Shown here: piece after piece, positions 1-9,829 of the stretch
Position numbering within the stretch: position 1 is the stretch's first letter
Layout: every line of letters starts with the position of its first letter
Origin: Aquificaceae bacterium
Lineage (GTDB): Bacteria > Aquificota > Aquificia > Aquificales > Aquificaceae
Direction of reading: 5' to 3'
NCBI GenBank assembly: GCA_037924335.1
Contig: JAXSMZ010000001.1
Coordinates: 11,911-75,910, forward strand
DNA length: 64,000 nt
Translations under genes and position numbers: made by a program
The notes under the pieces: generated by a model
What the model saw: only the letters and a program-made list of their open reading frames with translations
What the model was told of the DNA's origin: nothing
The model's database searches: none

Positions 1-2
1 AA

Positions 3-107
3 CCCTTCCCCAAAGACTTGGATGGCTTCCTTGAAAGGATAGTGAGGGAAAGCGAGGGAGAGATTATAAGGAGTGAGTTCAACGATGATGACGAAATCCC
101 CTTCTGA
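3..107 (+). CDS. 3' end of a gene truncated by the window edge; ends in an SSB-like acidic tail (DDDEIPF)
   Basis: Frame from nt 3 reads [34 protein letters not shown] (TGA 105-107), overlapping the hslU start. Confidence 0.6.
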   Translation, partial: PFPKDLDGFLERIVRESEGEIIRSEFNDDDEIPF

Positions 108-1434
108 ACTGCTTGAGGATTTTACACCAAAGAGAATAGTTGAGGAGCTTGATAAATATATTGTTGGACAGTATCAAGCAAAAAGGTCAGTAGCCATAGC
201 ACTCAGGAACAGATGGAGAAGGCAGAATCTGCCAGAGCATATAAGGGACGAGGTTGCACCAAAGAACATACTTATGATAGGACCAACTGGTGTTGGAAAA
301 ACGGAGATAGCAAGGAGACTAGCTCAGCTTATAAGGGCTCCCTTTATAAAAGTTGAAGCTACAAAGTACACAGAGATAGGTTATGTGGGAAGAGATGTGG
401 AATCCATGATAAGAGAGCTTGTCGAGACATCATACCAAATGGTAAAGCAGGAAAAACTGCAAAAGGTCAAAGAAAGAGCAAAGAGGTCTGCAGAAGAGAG
501 GGTCATTGACCATCTTGTCCCCCAGCAGCTAAGCTTTGGTCTTGTAGAGCAACAGAGCTTTGGCAAAAGGGACATGATGAGAGAAAAACTGAGGAGTGGA
601 GAGCTGGACGATAAGGTGATAGAGGTAGAGCTTCAAGAGAAGAACTATCCCATGATAGGTATAGCTGGACCTCCCGGACTTGAGGAGCTAGAAGAACAGC
701 TCAAAAACATGTTAGGAAGCATGATTCCAAACAGGAAAAGGAGGAAGGTAAAAGTAAAAGAAGCCCTTGCTTTGCTCGAGCAGGAAGAAGCTGAAAAGCT
801 CATTGACCCAGATGAGATTGCAAGGGAGGCAATATACAGGGCTGAGAACTTTGGAGTTGTTTTCATAGACGAGATAGACAAGATAGCTGTGAAGACGCCA
901 GGTGTAGGACCTGGTGTTTCAAGGGAGGGTGTACAGAGAGACCTACTCCCAATAGTTGAAGGGACAACGGTAAAGACCAAGTACGGAGCAGTTAGAACTG
1001 AGCACATACTCTTTATAGCCGCTGGTGCCTTCCATATGGCAAAACCCTCTGACCTTATCCCAGAACTCCAGGGAAGATTCCCCATAAGAGTCGAACTGAA
1101 CCCATTAACGCAGGATGACCTTGTAAGAATTCTCAAAGAACCAAAGAACGCTTTGACCAAACAGTACATTGAGCTTCTCAAAACCGAAGGCGTCGAAATA
1201 GAGTTTACGGACGATGCTCTGGAGGAGATAGCTAAAATAGCCGAAGAGGCAAACAATAGGACAGAGAACATAGGAGCAAGAAGACTACACACCGTCATGG
1301 AGAAGCTTCTTGAGGATATATCCTTCAACGCTCCAGAGCTTGAAGGGCAACGTATAATCATAGATGCCAAGTTTGTCAGAGCAAGGTTAGAAGGCATTGT
1401 AAAGGATGTGGAACTTTCCAAGTACATACTATGA
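85..1434 (+). CDS. hslU: ATP-dependent protease ATPase subunit HslU
   Basis: GPTGVGKTE Walker A, FIDEIDK Walker B, GVQRDLLP and NIGARRLHT motifs; start probably ATG 85 or 88 rather than GTG 73. Confidence 0.97.
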   Translation: MMTKSPSELLEDFTPKRIVEELDKYIVGQYQAKRSVAIALRNRWRRQNLPEHIRDEVAPKNILMIGPTGVGKTEIARRLAQLIRAPFIKVEATKYTEIGYVGRDVESMIRELVETSYQMVKQEKLQKVKERAKRSAEERVIDHLVPQQLSFGLVEQQSFGKRDMMREKLRSGELDDKVIEVELQEKNYPMIGIAGPPGLEELEEQLKNMLGSMIPNRKRRKVKVKEALALLEQEEAEKLIDPDEIAREAIYRAENFGVVFIDEIDKIAVKTPGVGPGVSREGVQRDLLPIVEGTTVKTKYGAVRTEHILFIAAGAFHMAKPSDLIPELQGRFPIRVELNPLTQDDLVRILKEPKNALTKQYIELLKTEGVEIEFTDDALEEIAKIAEEANNRTENIGARRLHTVMEKLLEDISFNAPELEGQRIIIDAKFVRARLEGIVKDVELSKYIL

Positions 1435-1922
1435 GTGACATGCTAATACGCACCCTCATGGAGAGATTAGAAGAGCTTATAAATGCTCAGTATAAAATAG
1501 CTGGTCTTATGCTTTCCCATGAGACTAAAGGGTTGGACTTCTCTGTCTCCACAGCCTTGGATGTTCTGTACATTAACCTGGAGATGCTCGACCTGACCTC
1601 AGACATAATAGGTATGATGTCAAGCGTGTCTGATGAGTACATTAAAAAGTATGCCATCAATCTTGGTGCAGAGGCTCTCTCGTGGAGCGGATTTATGCTT
1701 ACCCATATAGAAAAGTCTTCACCCATATTCATAGAGTACATAGAGGTTGAGAACGAACCAGTCACGTCCAGGATAAAGAACCTGGCATACCTTTTGGAGA
1801 ACCTCGGTTCAAAACTTGACCCCTTCTCCTTTGAGGAGATAATAAGAACCATAGATATGGTATCAAAGGCTATAAAGTACCAGGTTTACATGGCAAAAAA
1901 GTCTTACGAAACAATGGAATAA
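1431..1922 (+). CDS. hypothetical protein (163 aa)
   Basis: ATGA overlap with the hslU stop and abuts kdsB; no family recognised. Confidence 0.75.
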   Translation: MSDMLIRTLMERLEELINAQYKIAGLMLSHETKGLDFSVSTALDVLYINLEMLDLTSDIIGMMSSVSDEYIKKYAINLGAEALSWSGFMLTHIEKSSPIFIEYIEVENEPVTSRIKNLAYLLENLGSKLDPFSFEEIIRTIDMVSKAIKYQVYMAKKSYETME

Positions 1923-3411
<1,489 letters not shown>

Positions 3412-3415
<4 letters not shown>

Positions 3416-4137
3416 CCTTCATCATTATTTTGCAAACTCTGTGCCAACTCCTTCAGAAGGTTCACTATGCTTTCCATGCTTGGTTTTTCAGGCATTAAAC
3501 AATCCAACCCTGACAGAGAAGAAAACTCTTCTTTTGTAGTTTTGCCAATGCAGACCGTTATTTTACTCTTTAGAACCCTTATGGATTCTTCCTTTTGCAA
3601 ATTTGCAAAAAGACTTTTAATGGACGACGGACTTGCAAAGACCAATACATCAGCCTTGGATAGCTTGTCAAGGAGTTTCTTCCTTTCGTAAACAACCCCT
3701 TGCGTTGTGTACACATCGACTGGGTAGACATCAAATCCCAAATTTTTAAGCCCCTTTATGAGGTTGTCTTTTCCCTCTCTTGAGCGAGGTATGAGCACCT
3801 TCCCCCTCTTACCTTCCATGATTTTTAGAATCTCTGAAGCGTAGTACTTTTCTGGCACATGATGGACCCTGTAGCCGTACTTTTCAACGGATGACCTTGT
3901 AACTTCTCCAACTGCTATTATCCTTTCACCTCCCCCAAGCTTTTTTCTGTTCAAAAAGTATCTTACAGCTTTCTCGCTTTGAAAGATAACATAGTCAAAA
4001 GTATCATCTTGGAGCTCAAACTCCAAGGGCTTTATTTTTATCAAAGGGATAGCGATAACTTCAAATCCTTCCCTCTCAAATATCTTCCTGTCTTTCTGTA
4101 AGTCCTCTTTACTCCTTGTTAAACCCACTTTAAACAC
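3412..4137 (-). CDS. hemD: uroporphyrinogen-III synthase
   Basis: LTRS N-terminus, AVGEVT, VYTT, FASPSS, IGKTT motifs; GTG start. Confidence 0.88.
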
Positions 4138-4153
4138 GATAGAATTATTTTAC

Positions 4154-4300
4154 GAAACCTCCACAAGATGAATTGTGGTAAAATAATAATACATAAACCT
4201 GTCTGGCATAGGCAGTAATCTATGCCCTACCGCTGGACTGGCGGGAAGTTATGCCCCCACAAGGGGAAGCTCCTCATTGGAATAGAGGAGAGGAAGTCAC
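4154..4300 (+). mobile_element. non-autonomous IS200/IS605-derived mini-element with promoter and compact TnpB omega-RNA-like scaffold, copy 1
   Basis: Homologous to 17036-17192 (-); 66/70 identical over 4171-4240; follows TTTTAC; TGnTAAAAT at 4176-4184; ends GAAG-hairpin(CTCCTC..GAGGAG)-AGGAAGTCAC like IS605-group right ends. Confidence 0.75.
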
Positions 4301-4307
4301 GTAAGCA

Positions 4308-4375
4308 CTGAATGAGAAATTGGTTATGTAGGAGCAATTCATGAATGCCCTACAGAGGATGAATCTCTCACTCAG
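4308..4375. repeat. long imperfect hairpin with a GTAG-type REP-like palindrome at its core
   Basis: Outer arms CTGAATGAGAAATT (4308-4321) / AATCTCTCACTCAG (4362-4375); core TGTAGGAGCAATTCATGAATGCCCTACA (4327-4354). Confidence 0.6.
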
Positions 4376-4398
4376 CGTATGATAGAATTATTCTACAT

Positions 4399-5667
4399 AT
4401 GTCAAAGTTCCTAGTAAAGAAAGGAAGAGTTGTAGACCCATCCCAGAACATGGACGTTGTAAGAGATATTCTGATAGAGAATGGGGTGATAAAGAGCATT
4501 GGGGAAGATATATTTGAACATGATGCCCAAATTGTAGATGCATCGGGGAAGGTTGTATGCCCATCTTTTGTAGACTTTCATGTACACCTTAGAGACCCAG
4601 GTCAAACCTATAAAGAAGATATAGAATCTGGGAGCAGGTGTGCAGTGGCTGGTGGTTATACGCACATGGTTTGCATGCCCAACACAAAACCCCCAATAGA
4701 TTCACCGGAGATAGTAGAGTATATAAAGGATAAGGCAGAGAAAGTTGGTCTTTGCCGCATTATGCCATCTGGTGCTATAACAAAGGGTAGGGAGGGCAAA
4801 GAGCTGACAGACTTTTACGCACTAAAAAGGGCTGGATGCCTTGTCCTTACAGACGATGGTAGCCCTTTGATGGATTCAAGGCTTATGAAAAAAGCCCTTG
4901 AGCTTGCGGGACAGCTTGGCCTTCTTGTTATGAACCACTGTGAGGACGATAAACTGGCTTATGGGTATGTAAACGATGGATACGTGAGCAGTCTCTTAGG
5001 CGTTCTTCCAAGACCAAAAAGTGCCGAAGATATTCTGGTAGCAAGGGACTGTATACTTTCTTACTACACTGGTTCTCCCCTTCACATACAACATGTTAGC
5101 TCTCCACTTTCCGTTGATATGATAAGATACTTTAAAGATAAAGGTGCGAAAGTGTCCTGTGAGATAAACCCCCATCATCTTCTCTTTACGGAAGAGGAAG
5201 TTCTAAAAAGCGGGTCCAATGCTAGAATAAATCCACCACTGAGAAGCCAAAAAGACAGACAGGCTCTCCTTGAAGCTCTGAAAGATGGAACCATAGATTG
5301 CGTGGCAACAGACCATGCACCCCATGCACCATGGGAAAAGGGTCAGATAGAGAACGCAATGCCCGGAGTGATAGGTCTTCAGACGGCACTCCCTTCTATG
5401 CTGGAGTTGGTCAGAGAAGGCATCATAAACCTGAGAAGGGTGGTGGAACTGATGTCCTGCAACCCTGCAAAGCTTTTAGGGCTTGAATGTGGAATAAAAG
5501 AGGGGTCTTTGGCAAACTTAGTTATCTTTGACCCGGAGAGAGAATGGGTATTGGATGAAAGCACAAACCTTTCCAAATCTAAAAACACACCGCTTTGGAA
5601 CGGAAAGCTCAAAGGGAAAGTCCTTTACACTTTCTTTAATGGAAGGGTAGTTTACAAAGATGTTTAG
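4399..5667 (+). CDS. pyrC: dihydroorotase (type I)
   Basis: DFHVHLRDPG, MPNT, NPPLR, ATDHAPH motifs. Confidence 0.96.
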   Translation: MSKFLVKKGRVVDPSQNMDVVRDILIENGVIKSIGEDIFEHDAQIVDASGKVVCPSFVDFHVHLRDPGQTYKEDIESGSRCAVAGGYTHMVCMPNTKPPIDSPEIVEYIKDKAEKVGLCRIMPSGAITKGREGKELTDFYALKRAGCLVLTDDGSPLMDSRLMKKALELAGQLGLLVMNHCEDDKLAYGYVNDGYVSSLLGVLPRPKSAEDILVARDCILSYYTGSPLHIQHVSSPLSVDMIRYFKDKGAKVSCEINPHHLLFTEEEVLKSGSNARINPPLRSQKDRQALLEALKDGTIDCVATDHAPHAPWEKGQIENAMPGVIGLQTALPSMLELVREGIINLRRVVELMSCNPAKLLGLECGIKEGSLANLVIFDPEREWVLDESTNLSKSKNTPLWNGKLKGKVLYTFFNGRVVYKDV

Positions 5668-6505
5668 AAGGGTCGGTATAGTAGGCATTGGTTTTATGGG
5701 AGGGTCTCTGTCTGTATCTCTGAAGGAAGTTTGTAAAGACTGCTCTATCTTTGGTGTTGATATAAATCCTTCCGCCATAGAAAGGGGGATAAGCTTGGGC
5801 ATAATAGATAGTGGAAGTAGTAACATAAAAGATTTGAAGGACTTTTGCCCGGAGATTGTAGTTTTAGCAACGCCAGTGAGAACCTTCAAAAGCATAGCGG
5901 AATCCTTAGAGCTTAGCCGAGAAGTTATAATAACTGACATAGGAAGCGTAAAAGGGCACATTGTCTTTATGATGGAGAAGGTCCTTGGAAGTAGGTTTGT
6001 TGGGGGTCATCCCATAGCTGGTACTGAAAAGTCTGGAGTGGAAAACAGCGTAAAGGGTCTTTTTAAAGGTAAAAAAACCATAATAACACCTACAGAAAGA
6101 ACCGATAAGGAGGCTAAGGAGAAGGTAAAAGAGCTCTGGACAATCCTTGGCTCTGTTGTAGAGGAGATGGACCCCTATTTGCACGATTACATATTTGGTG
6201 CTGTTTCGCACCTTCCCCATGCTGTAGCCTTTGCTCTCATAAAAGCTCTTATTAAGCTAAACAAAGAAGATAATGACCTTTTTAAATATCCAGGTGCTGG
6301 GTTCAAGGATTTTACAAGAATAGCCTCCTCTGACCCCATAATGTGGAGAGACATCTTCTTAGAAAACAAAGAGAACGTCATTAAGGCCATCGATGTTTAC
6401 ATAGAATCACTGGAAGAGTTAAAGAGGATGATAGGTAAGGAGGATGTGGATAACATAATGCAGTATCTGAAGGAAGCTAAGGAAAACAGAGAGATGATCA
6501 ACTGA
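5660..6505 (+). CDS. tyrA: prephenate dehydrogenase
   Basis: GIGFMGGS Rossmann, TDIGSVK, HPIAGTE, SHLPH, DFTRIA. Confidence 0.94.
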   Translation: MFRRVGIVGIGFMGGSLSVSLKEVCKDCSIFGVDINPSAIERGISLGIIDSGSSNIKDLKDFCPEIVVLATPVRTFKSIAESLELSREVIITDIGSVKGHIVFMMEKVLGSRFVGGHPIAGTEKSGVENSVKGLFKGKKTIITPTERTDKEAKEKVKELWTILGSVVEEMDPYLHDYIFGAVSHLPHAVAFALIKALIKLNKEDNDLFKYPGAGFKDFTRIASSDPIMWRDIFLENKENVIKAIDVYIESLEELKRMIGKEDVDNIMQYLKEAKENREMIN

Positions 6506-6593
6506 GGATAAACTTTAAAAGGAAATACAAAGCCGCTGCAGTCAATAAACACAAGGTACAAACTAAAACAAACTTCAAAAGTTTTAATAGCAT
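6498..6593 (-). CDS. putative 31-aa single-transmembrane peptide
   Basis: MLLKLLKFVLVCTLCLLTAAALYFLLKFILS*; GGAG just upstream; below the ORF-track cutoff. Confidence 0.4.
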   Translation of the reverse strand: MLLKLLKFVLVCTLCLLTAAALYFLLKFILS

Positions 6594-6613
6594 ATTCTCC
6601 AAAAGCTTAAAAG

Positions 6614-6686
6614 TGGAGCGGAGGGGACTTGAACCCCCGACCTCCTACACGCCAAGCAGGCGCTCTCCCAACTGAGCTACCGCCCC
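6614..6686 (-). tRNA. tRNA-Ala(GGC)
   Basis: GGGGCGG/CCGCTCC acceptor stem with G3:U70, anticodon loop TTGGCGT, GTTCAAGTC T-loop; CCA not encoded. Confidence 0.96.
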
Positions 6687-6697
6687 AGAGAGGTTAT

Positions 6698-6847
6698 TCA
6701 ATTCATAAATTTCCTCTTGTCCATACCCCTTCTTGAGGATTCTATCATGAGTCTAAGCTTCAATCCCTCTCTTTTCCTTGCCTGCTCTCTCCTGAGCGTC
6801 TGCACACATTCCTCTCTGAGCAACTTAACAAAACTAAAAAGCTCCAT
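6698..6847 (-). CDS. putative 49-aa basic small protein between two tRNAs
   Basis: MELFSFVKLLREECVQTLRREQARKREGLKLRLMIESSRRGMDKRKFMN*; TATAAT 8 nt upstream of ATG. Confidence 0.5.
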   Translation of the reverse strand: MELFSFVKLLREECVQTLRREQARKREGLKLRLMIESSRRGMDKRKFMN

Positions 6848-6869
6848 AAGTGTAAATTATAATCCAAAA

Positions 6870-6943
6870 TGAGCCGGGAGGGATTCGAACCCTCGACCCA
6901 CGGATTAAAAGTCCGTTGCTCTGCCAGACTGAGCTACCGGCTC
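6870..6943 (-). tRNA. tRNA-Lys(TTT)
   Basis: GAGCCGG/CCGGCTC acceptor stem, anticodon arm ACGGA-CTTTTAA-TCCGT, GTTCGAATC T-loop. Confidence 0.96.
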
Positions 6944-6977
6944 TTCAAACTATAGTATTTTAGCTTTTATTTTTGCT

Positions 6978-8366
6978 TTAGTCAACAAGCTTGTCTTTGC
7001 CCTTCCCTTTTATGACTTTTAGCTTTGCTCTTGATATGGCAAGGTCTCCATCCTCTATATCCTTGTTTATCACGGAACCGCCGGCTATGTATACGTAATC
7101 ACCTATCTTTATTGGAGCTATAAGAAGGGAGTTGCTTCCTATGAAGGTATGCTTTCCCACGTAGCTCTTGTGTTTTCTCTTCCCATCAAAGTTGGCAAAG
7201 ACAACACCAGCTCCTATGTTGGTTTGGTCATCAACGTGTGCATCTCCTATGTAGGTAAGGTGCTTTGCCTTCACATCTTTACCTATCTGGGATGCTTTTA
7301 CCTCAACAAAGTTGTTTATCTGAGAAGCTTCACCTATAAAACTACCGTTCCTTATATGCACAAAGGGACCCAAATGAGCATTGCTCCCAACCTCTGAATC
7401 CTTTATAACAGAAAAGGGTTCTACTATGACGTTATCTCCAAGCGTGGAGTTCTCTATGTAGCATCCTCTACCAAGCACAGTACCTTTGCCTATCCTTGTT
7501 TTTCCCTTAAGCGTCACACTGGGATGAATCTCCGCATCCCCTTCCAAGGTTACATCGGGTTCTATCCATATGCTCTCAGGCTGATGCAGTGTGTTACCCT
7601 TTTCGGCCCAATGTTGAAGTATTCGTAACCTTATGACATTTTCGGCTATGGCAAGGTCCCATCTTGTGTTTACTCCCATAGCTTCCGTAACATCCTCAGC
7701 CATAAAGCTTCTAACCTTATAACCTTTGTTATACATCATCTTAAAAATTTCTGTGATATACAGCTCCCCACTTGCTCCGCTGGGCTTTATGGCAAATAGA
7801 GACTCAATAAGGTGGGGTGTATAGAAAATGTATACACCGCTATTTATCTTTTTTATGTTCTTTTCTTCAAAATTAGCATCCTTCTCCTCAACCACCTTTA
7901 CTATGTTACCCATCCCATCTTCTATAACTCTTCCATAGCCTGTAGGGTCTGGCAGAAAGCTTGTAAGAAGGACGCCACTGAGCTTTATACCTTCGTACTC
8001 ATAAACCATGTGCAAGAACTTTTCCATGTTCTTTATTGTCTGGGACTTTACAAGGGGAGAATCTCCGTTGATAACCAAAAGGTAGTCTTCGATAGACCTC
8101 CACATGTTGGCAGAGGAGAGTAAGGCATCGGCAGTACCTCCCTTTGGGTCCTTCTGATGGAAAAAAACGACACCTTCGTCCTTTAGGACTTCCACCACCT
8201 CATCAGCCTTGTATCCTACAACTACGCCTATATCCTTGATTCCACTGTTTTTCACAACCTGCAGCACATACCATATCATGGGTTTTCCAAGTATGGTGTG
8301 AAGTACTTTGGGCTTCTCACTCTTGAAGCGGCTACCAAGTCCTGCAGCTAGTACAACGCATCTCAT
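6978..8366 (-). CDS. glmU: bifunctional UDP-GlcNAc pyrophosphorylase / glucosamine-1-P acetyltransferase
   Basis: LAAGLGSRFKS..PKVLH, GYGR, NFVEVK, HLTYIGDA, hexapeptide repeats. Confidence 0.96.
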   Translation of the reverse strand: MRCVVLAAGLGSRFKSEKPKVLHTILGKPMIWYVLQVVKNSGIKDIGVVVGYKADEVVEVLKDEGVVFFHQKDPKGGTADALLSSANMWRSIEDYLLVINGDSPLVKSQTIKNMEKFLHMVYEYEGIKLSGVLLTSFLPDPTGYGRVIEDGMGNIVKVVEEKDANFEEKNIKKINSGVYIFYTPHLIESLFAIKPSGASGELYITEIFKMMYNKGYKVRSFMAEDVTEAMGVNTRWDLAIAENVIRLRILQHWAEKGNTLHQPESIWIEPDVTLEGDAEIHPSVTLKGKTRIGKGTVLGRGCYIENSTLGDNVIVEPFSVIKDSEVGSNAHLGPFVHIRNGSFIGEASQINNFVEVKASQIGKDVKAKHLTYIGDAHVDDQTNIGAGVVFANFDGKRKHKSYVGKHTFIGSNSLLIAPIKIGDYVYIAGGSVINKDIEDGDLAISRAKLKVIKGKGKDKLVD

Positions 8367-9157
8367 GTTCTTCCTCCTGCATCCCTTGCTATTCCTCTTC
8401 TGGTTGTTTTAACAAACTCCACAAGCCTTTTAATCTCTTCATAGCTACCAAACTCCTTAAGAAGGATGTCGCAAGCATCCTTTTTTAGCATACCACTTCT
8501 GAACATCAACCTATAAGCTTTCTTGAGTACTGCTATAACTTCCTTGCTCATACCCCTCCTTTCCAATCCGACTGTATTTATACCATACAAAAGAGCATGC
8601 TGTCCAGATGCTCTTGTATAAGGAGGTATATCAAGGGATACACCTGAGATTCCACCCACCATAGCATAGGATCCCACTCTTGCCCATTGATGAACTGCAG
8701 AGAGGCCCCCTATAAAGGCGTACTCCCCCACTTCTACATGTCCACCAAGCGTGGCACAGTTTGCCATTATAACCCCCTTCCTGACAGTACAGTCATGTGC
8801 TACATGAGAGTAAGCCATCAGCATAACATCATCCTCTATAATAGTCTTCATAGTACCTATGGCAGTACCCCTGTGTACAGTGGCGTATTCCCTTATTATC
8901 ACCCTGTTTCCCACTATCACTTGGCTGTCTTCTCCAGTGTATCTGAGATGCTGGGGCTCTTCACCTATCACTGCACCATCATAAATTCTACACTCCTCAC
9001 CTATCTTTACCTTCCCCTTTATGCTTACCCTGCTTTTTACTTTTGTACCCTTTCCTATGTAAACATCACCTTCTATTATGCTGTAAGCTCCAACTTCCAC
9101 ATCCTCTTCCAACTCTACATGCTTTCCTACAATTGCAGTGGGATGTATTTTTGGCAT
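8363..9157 (-). CDS. lpxA: acyl-ACP--UDP-GlcNAc O-acyltransferase
   Basis: IHPTAIV, IREYATVHRGT, HVAHDC, hexapeptide repeats. Confidence 0.96.
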   Translation of the reverse strand: MPKIHPTAIVGKHVELEEDVEVGAYSIIEGDVYIGKGTKVKSRVSIKGKVKIGEECRIYDGAVIGEEPQHLRYTGEDSQVIVGNRVIIREYATVHRGTAIGTMKTIIEDDVMLMAYSHVAHDCTVRKGVIMANCATLGGHVEVGEYAFIGGLSAVHQWARVGSYAMVGGISGVSLDIPPYTRASGQHALLYGINTVGLERRGMSKEVIAVLKKAYRLMFRSGMLKKDACDILLKEFGSYEEIKRLVEFVKTTRRGIARDAGGRT

Positions 9158-9829
9158 CTATAGACTCCTAAGTAAAAATTTTCTCAGCATGTCAAGAGCT
9201 ATCTGCGTTGAGAGGAACCTGTTGGTGTTTCTTTCCTCCTTTAGCTTATACTCCTGTACGATAACTTCTTTATCAGTACCGAGGCCTATGTAAGTCAGTC
9301 CTACAGGTTTTAGCTTTGTCCCCCCAGAAGGTCCAGCTATGCCTGTTATGGCAAGGGATATGTCTGCATCCGTTTCCTCCAAAACACCTACACACATTGC
9401 CCTACATACCTCCCCCGATACAGCCCCGTAGTCTGTTAGAAGCTCTTCTTCCACGCTCAGAAGCTTGGTTTTTAGCTCGTTGGCATAAACAACAAACCCA
9501 CCCAAAAAATTGGAAGAGCTCCCAGGAACGTTCACTATCCTTGCAGCAAGGAGACCACCGGTAGAGCTTTCTGCCACCGCTAACTTTAGCCCTTTTGCCT
9601 TTAACAGCTCAACTACCACATCCTCCATCTCCAAGTAGCCATCGGCGTAAACGTGGTCCTTAAATTCCGAGTAAGCTCTTTCTTTCTCCTCTTCTCTTTC
9701 AAAGAACAGGTCTATACCTCCTATTGTTTTTTGATAGATGTAGTTTTTTAATCTATCCTCCGACAGACCGAAGGTTCTCAGTATGTACCTGTGGTTTCTT
9801 CTTCTTTTCCCGCATATGGACACTATCAT
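9158..9829 (-). CDS. cinA: CinA C-terminal / PncC family nicotinamide-nucleotide amidohydrolase
   Basis: AVAESSTGG, VPGSS, GAVS, ITGIAGP motifs; lacks the N-terminal MoCF domain. Confidence 0.85.
   Translation of the reverse strand: MIVSICGKRRRNHRYILRTFGLSEDRLKNYIYQKTIGGIDLFFEREEEKERAYSEFKDHVYADGYLEMEDVVVELLKAKGLKLAVAESSTGGLLAARIVNVPGSSSNFLGGFVVYANELKTKLLSVEEELLTDYGAVSGEVCRAMCVGVLEETDADISLAITGIAGPSGGTKLKPVGLTYIGLGTDKEVIVQEYKLKEERNTNRFLSTQIALDMLRKFLLRSL

Larger units (their letters stand above)
4138..4396. repeat. 16-bp direct repeat GATAGAATTATT(T/C)TAC (4138-4153 and 4381-4396) flanking the intergenic insert
   Basis: 15/16 identical; each copy carries a -10-like hexamer next to the hemD or pyrC start. 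Confidence 0.75.

Noticed and set aside
645..1427. 260-aa antisense ORF inside hslU (and many similar shadow ORFs)
   Set aside because: Antisense mirror of a conserved gene; Ser-rich composition with no motifs.
4154..4300. Known riboswitch or PyrR attenuator upstream of pyrC
   Set aside because: The same element precedes the unrelated glgB, has IS605-like ends, and matches no riboswitch consensus I recognise.
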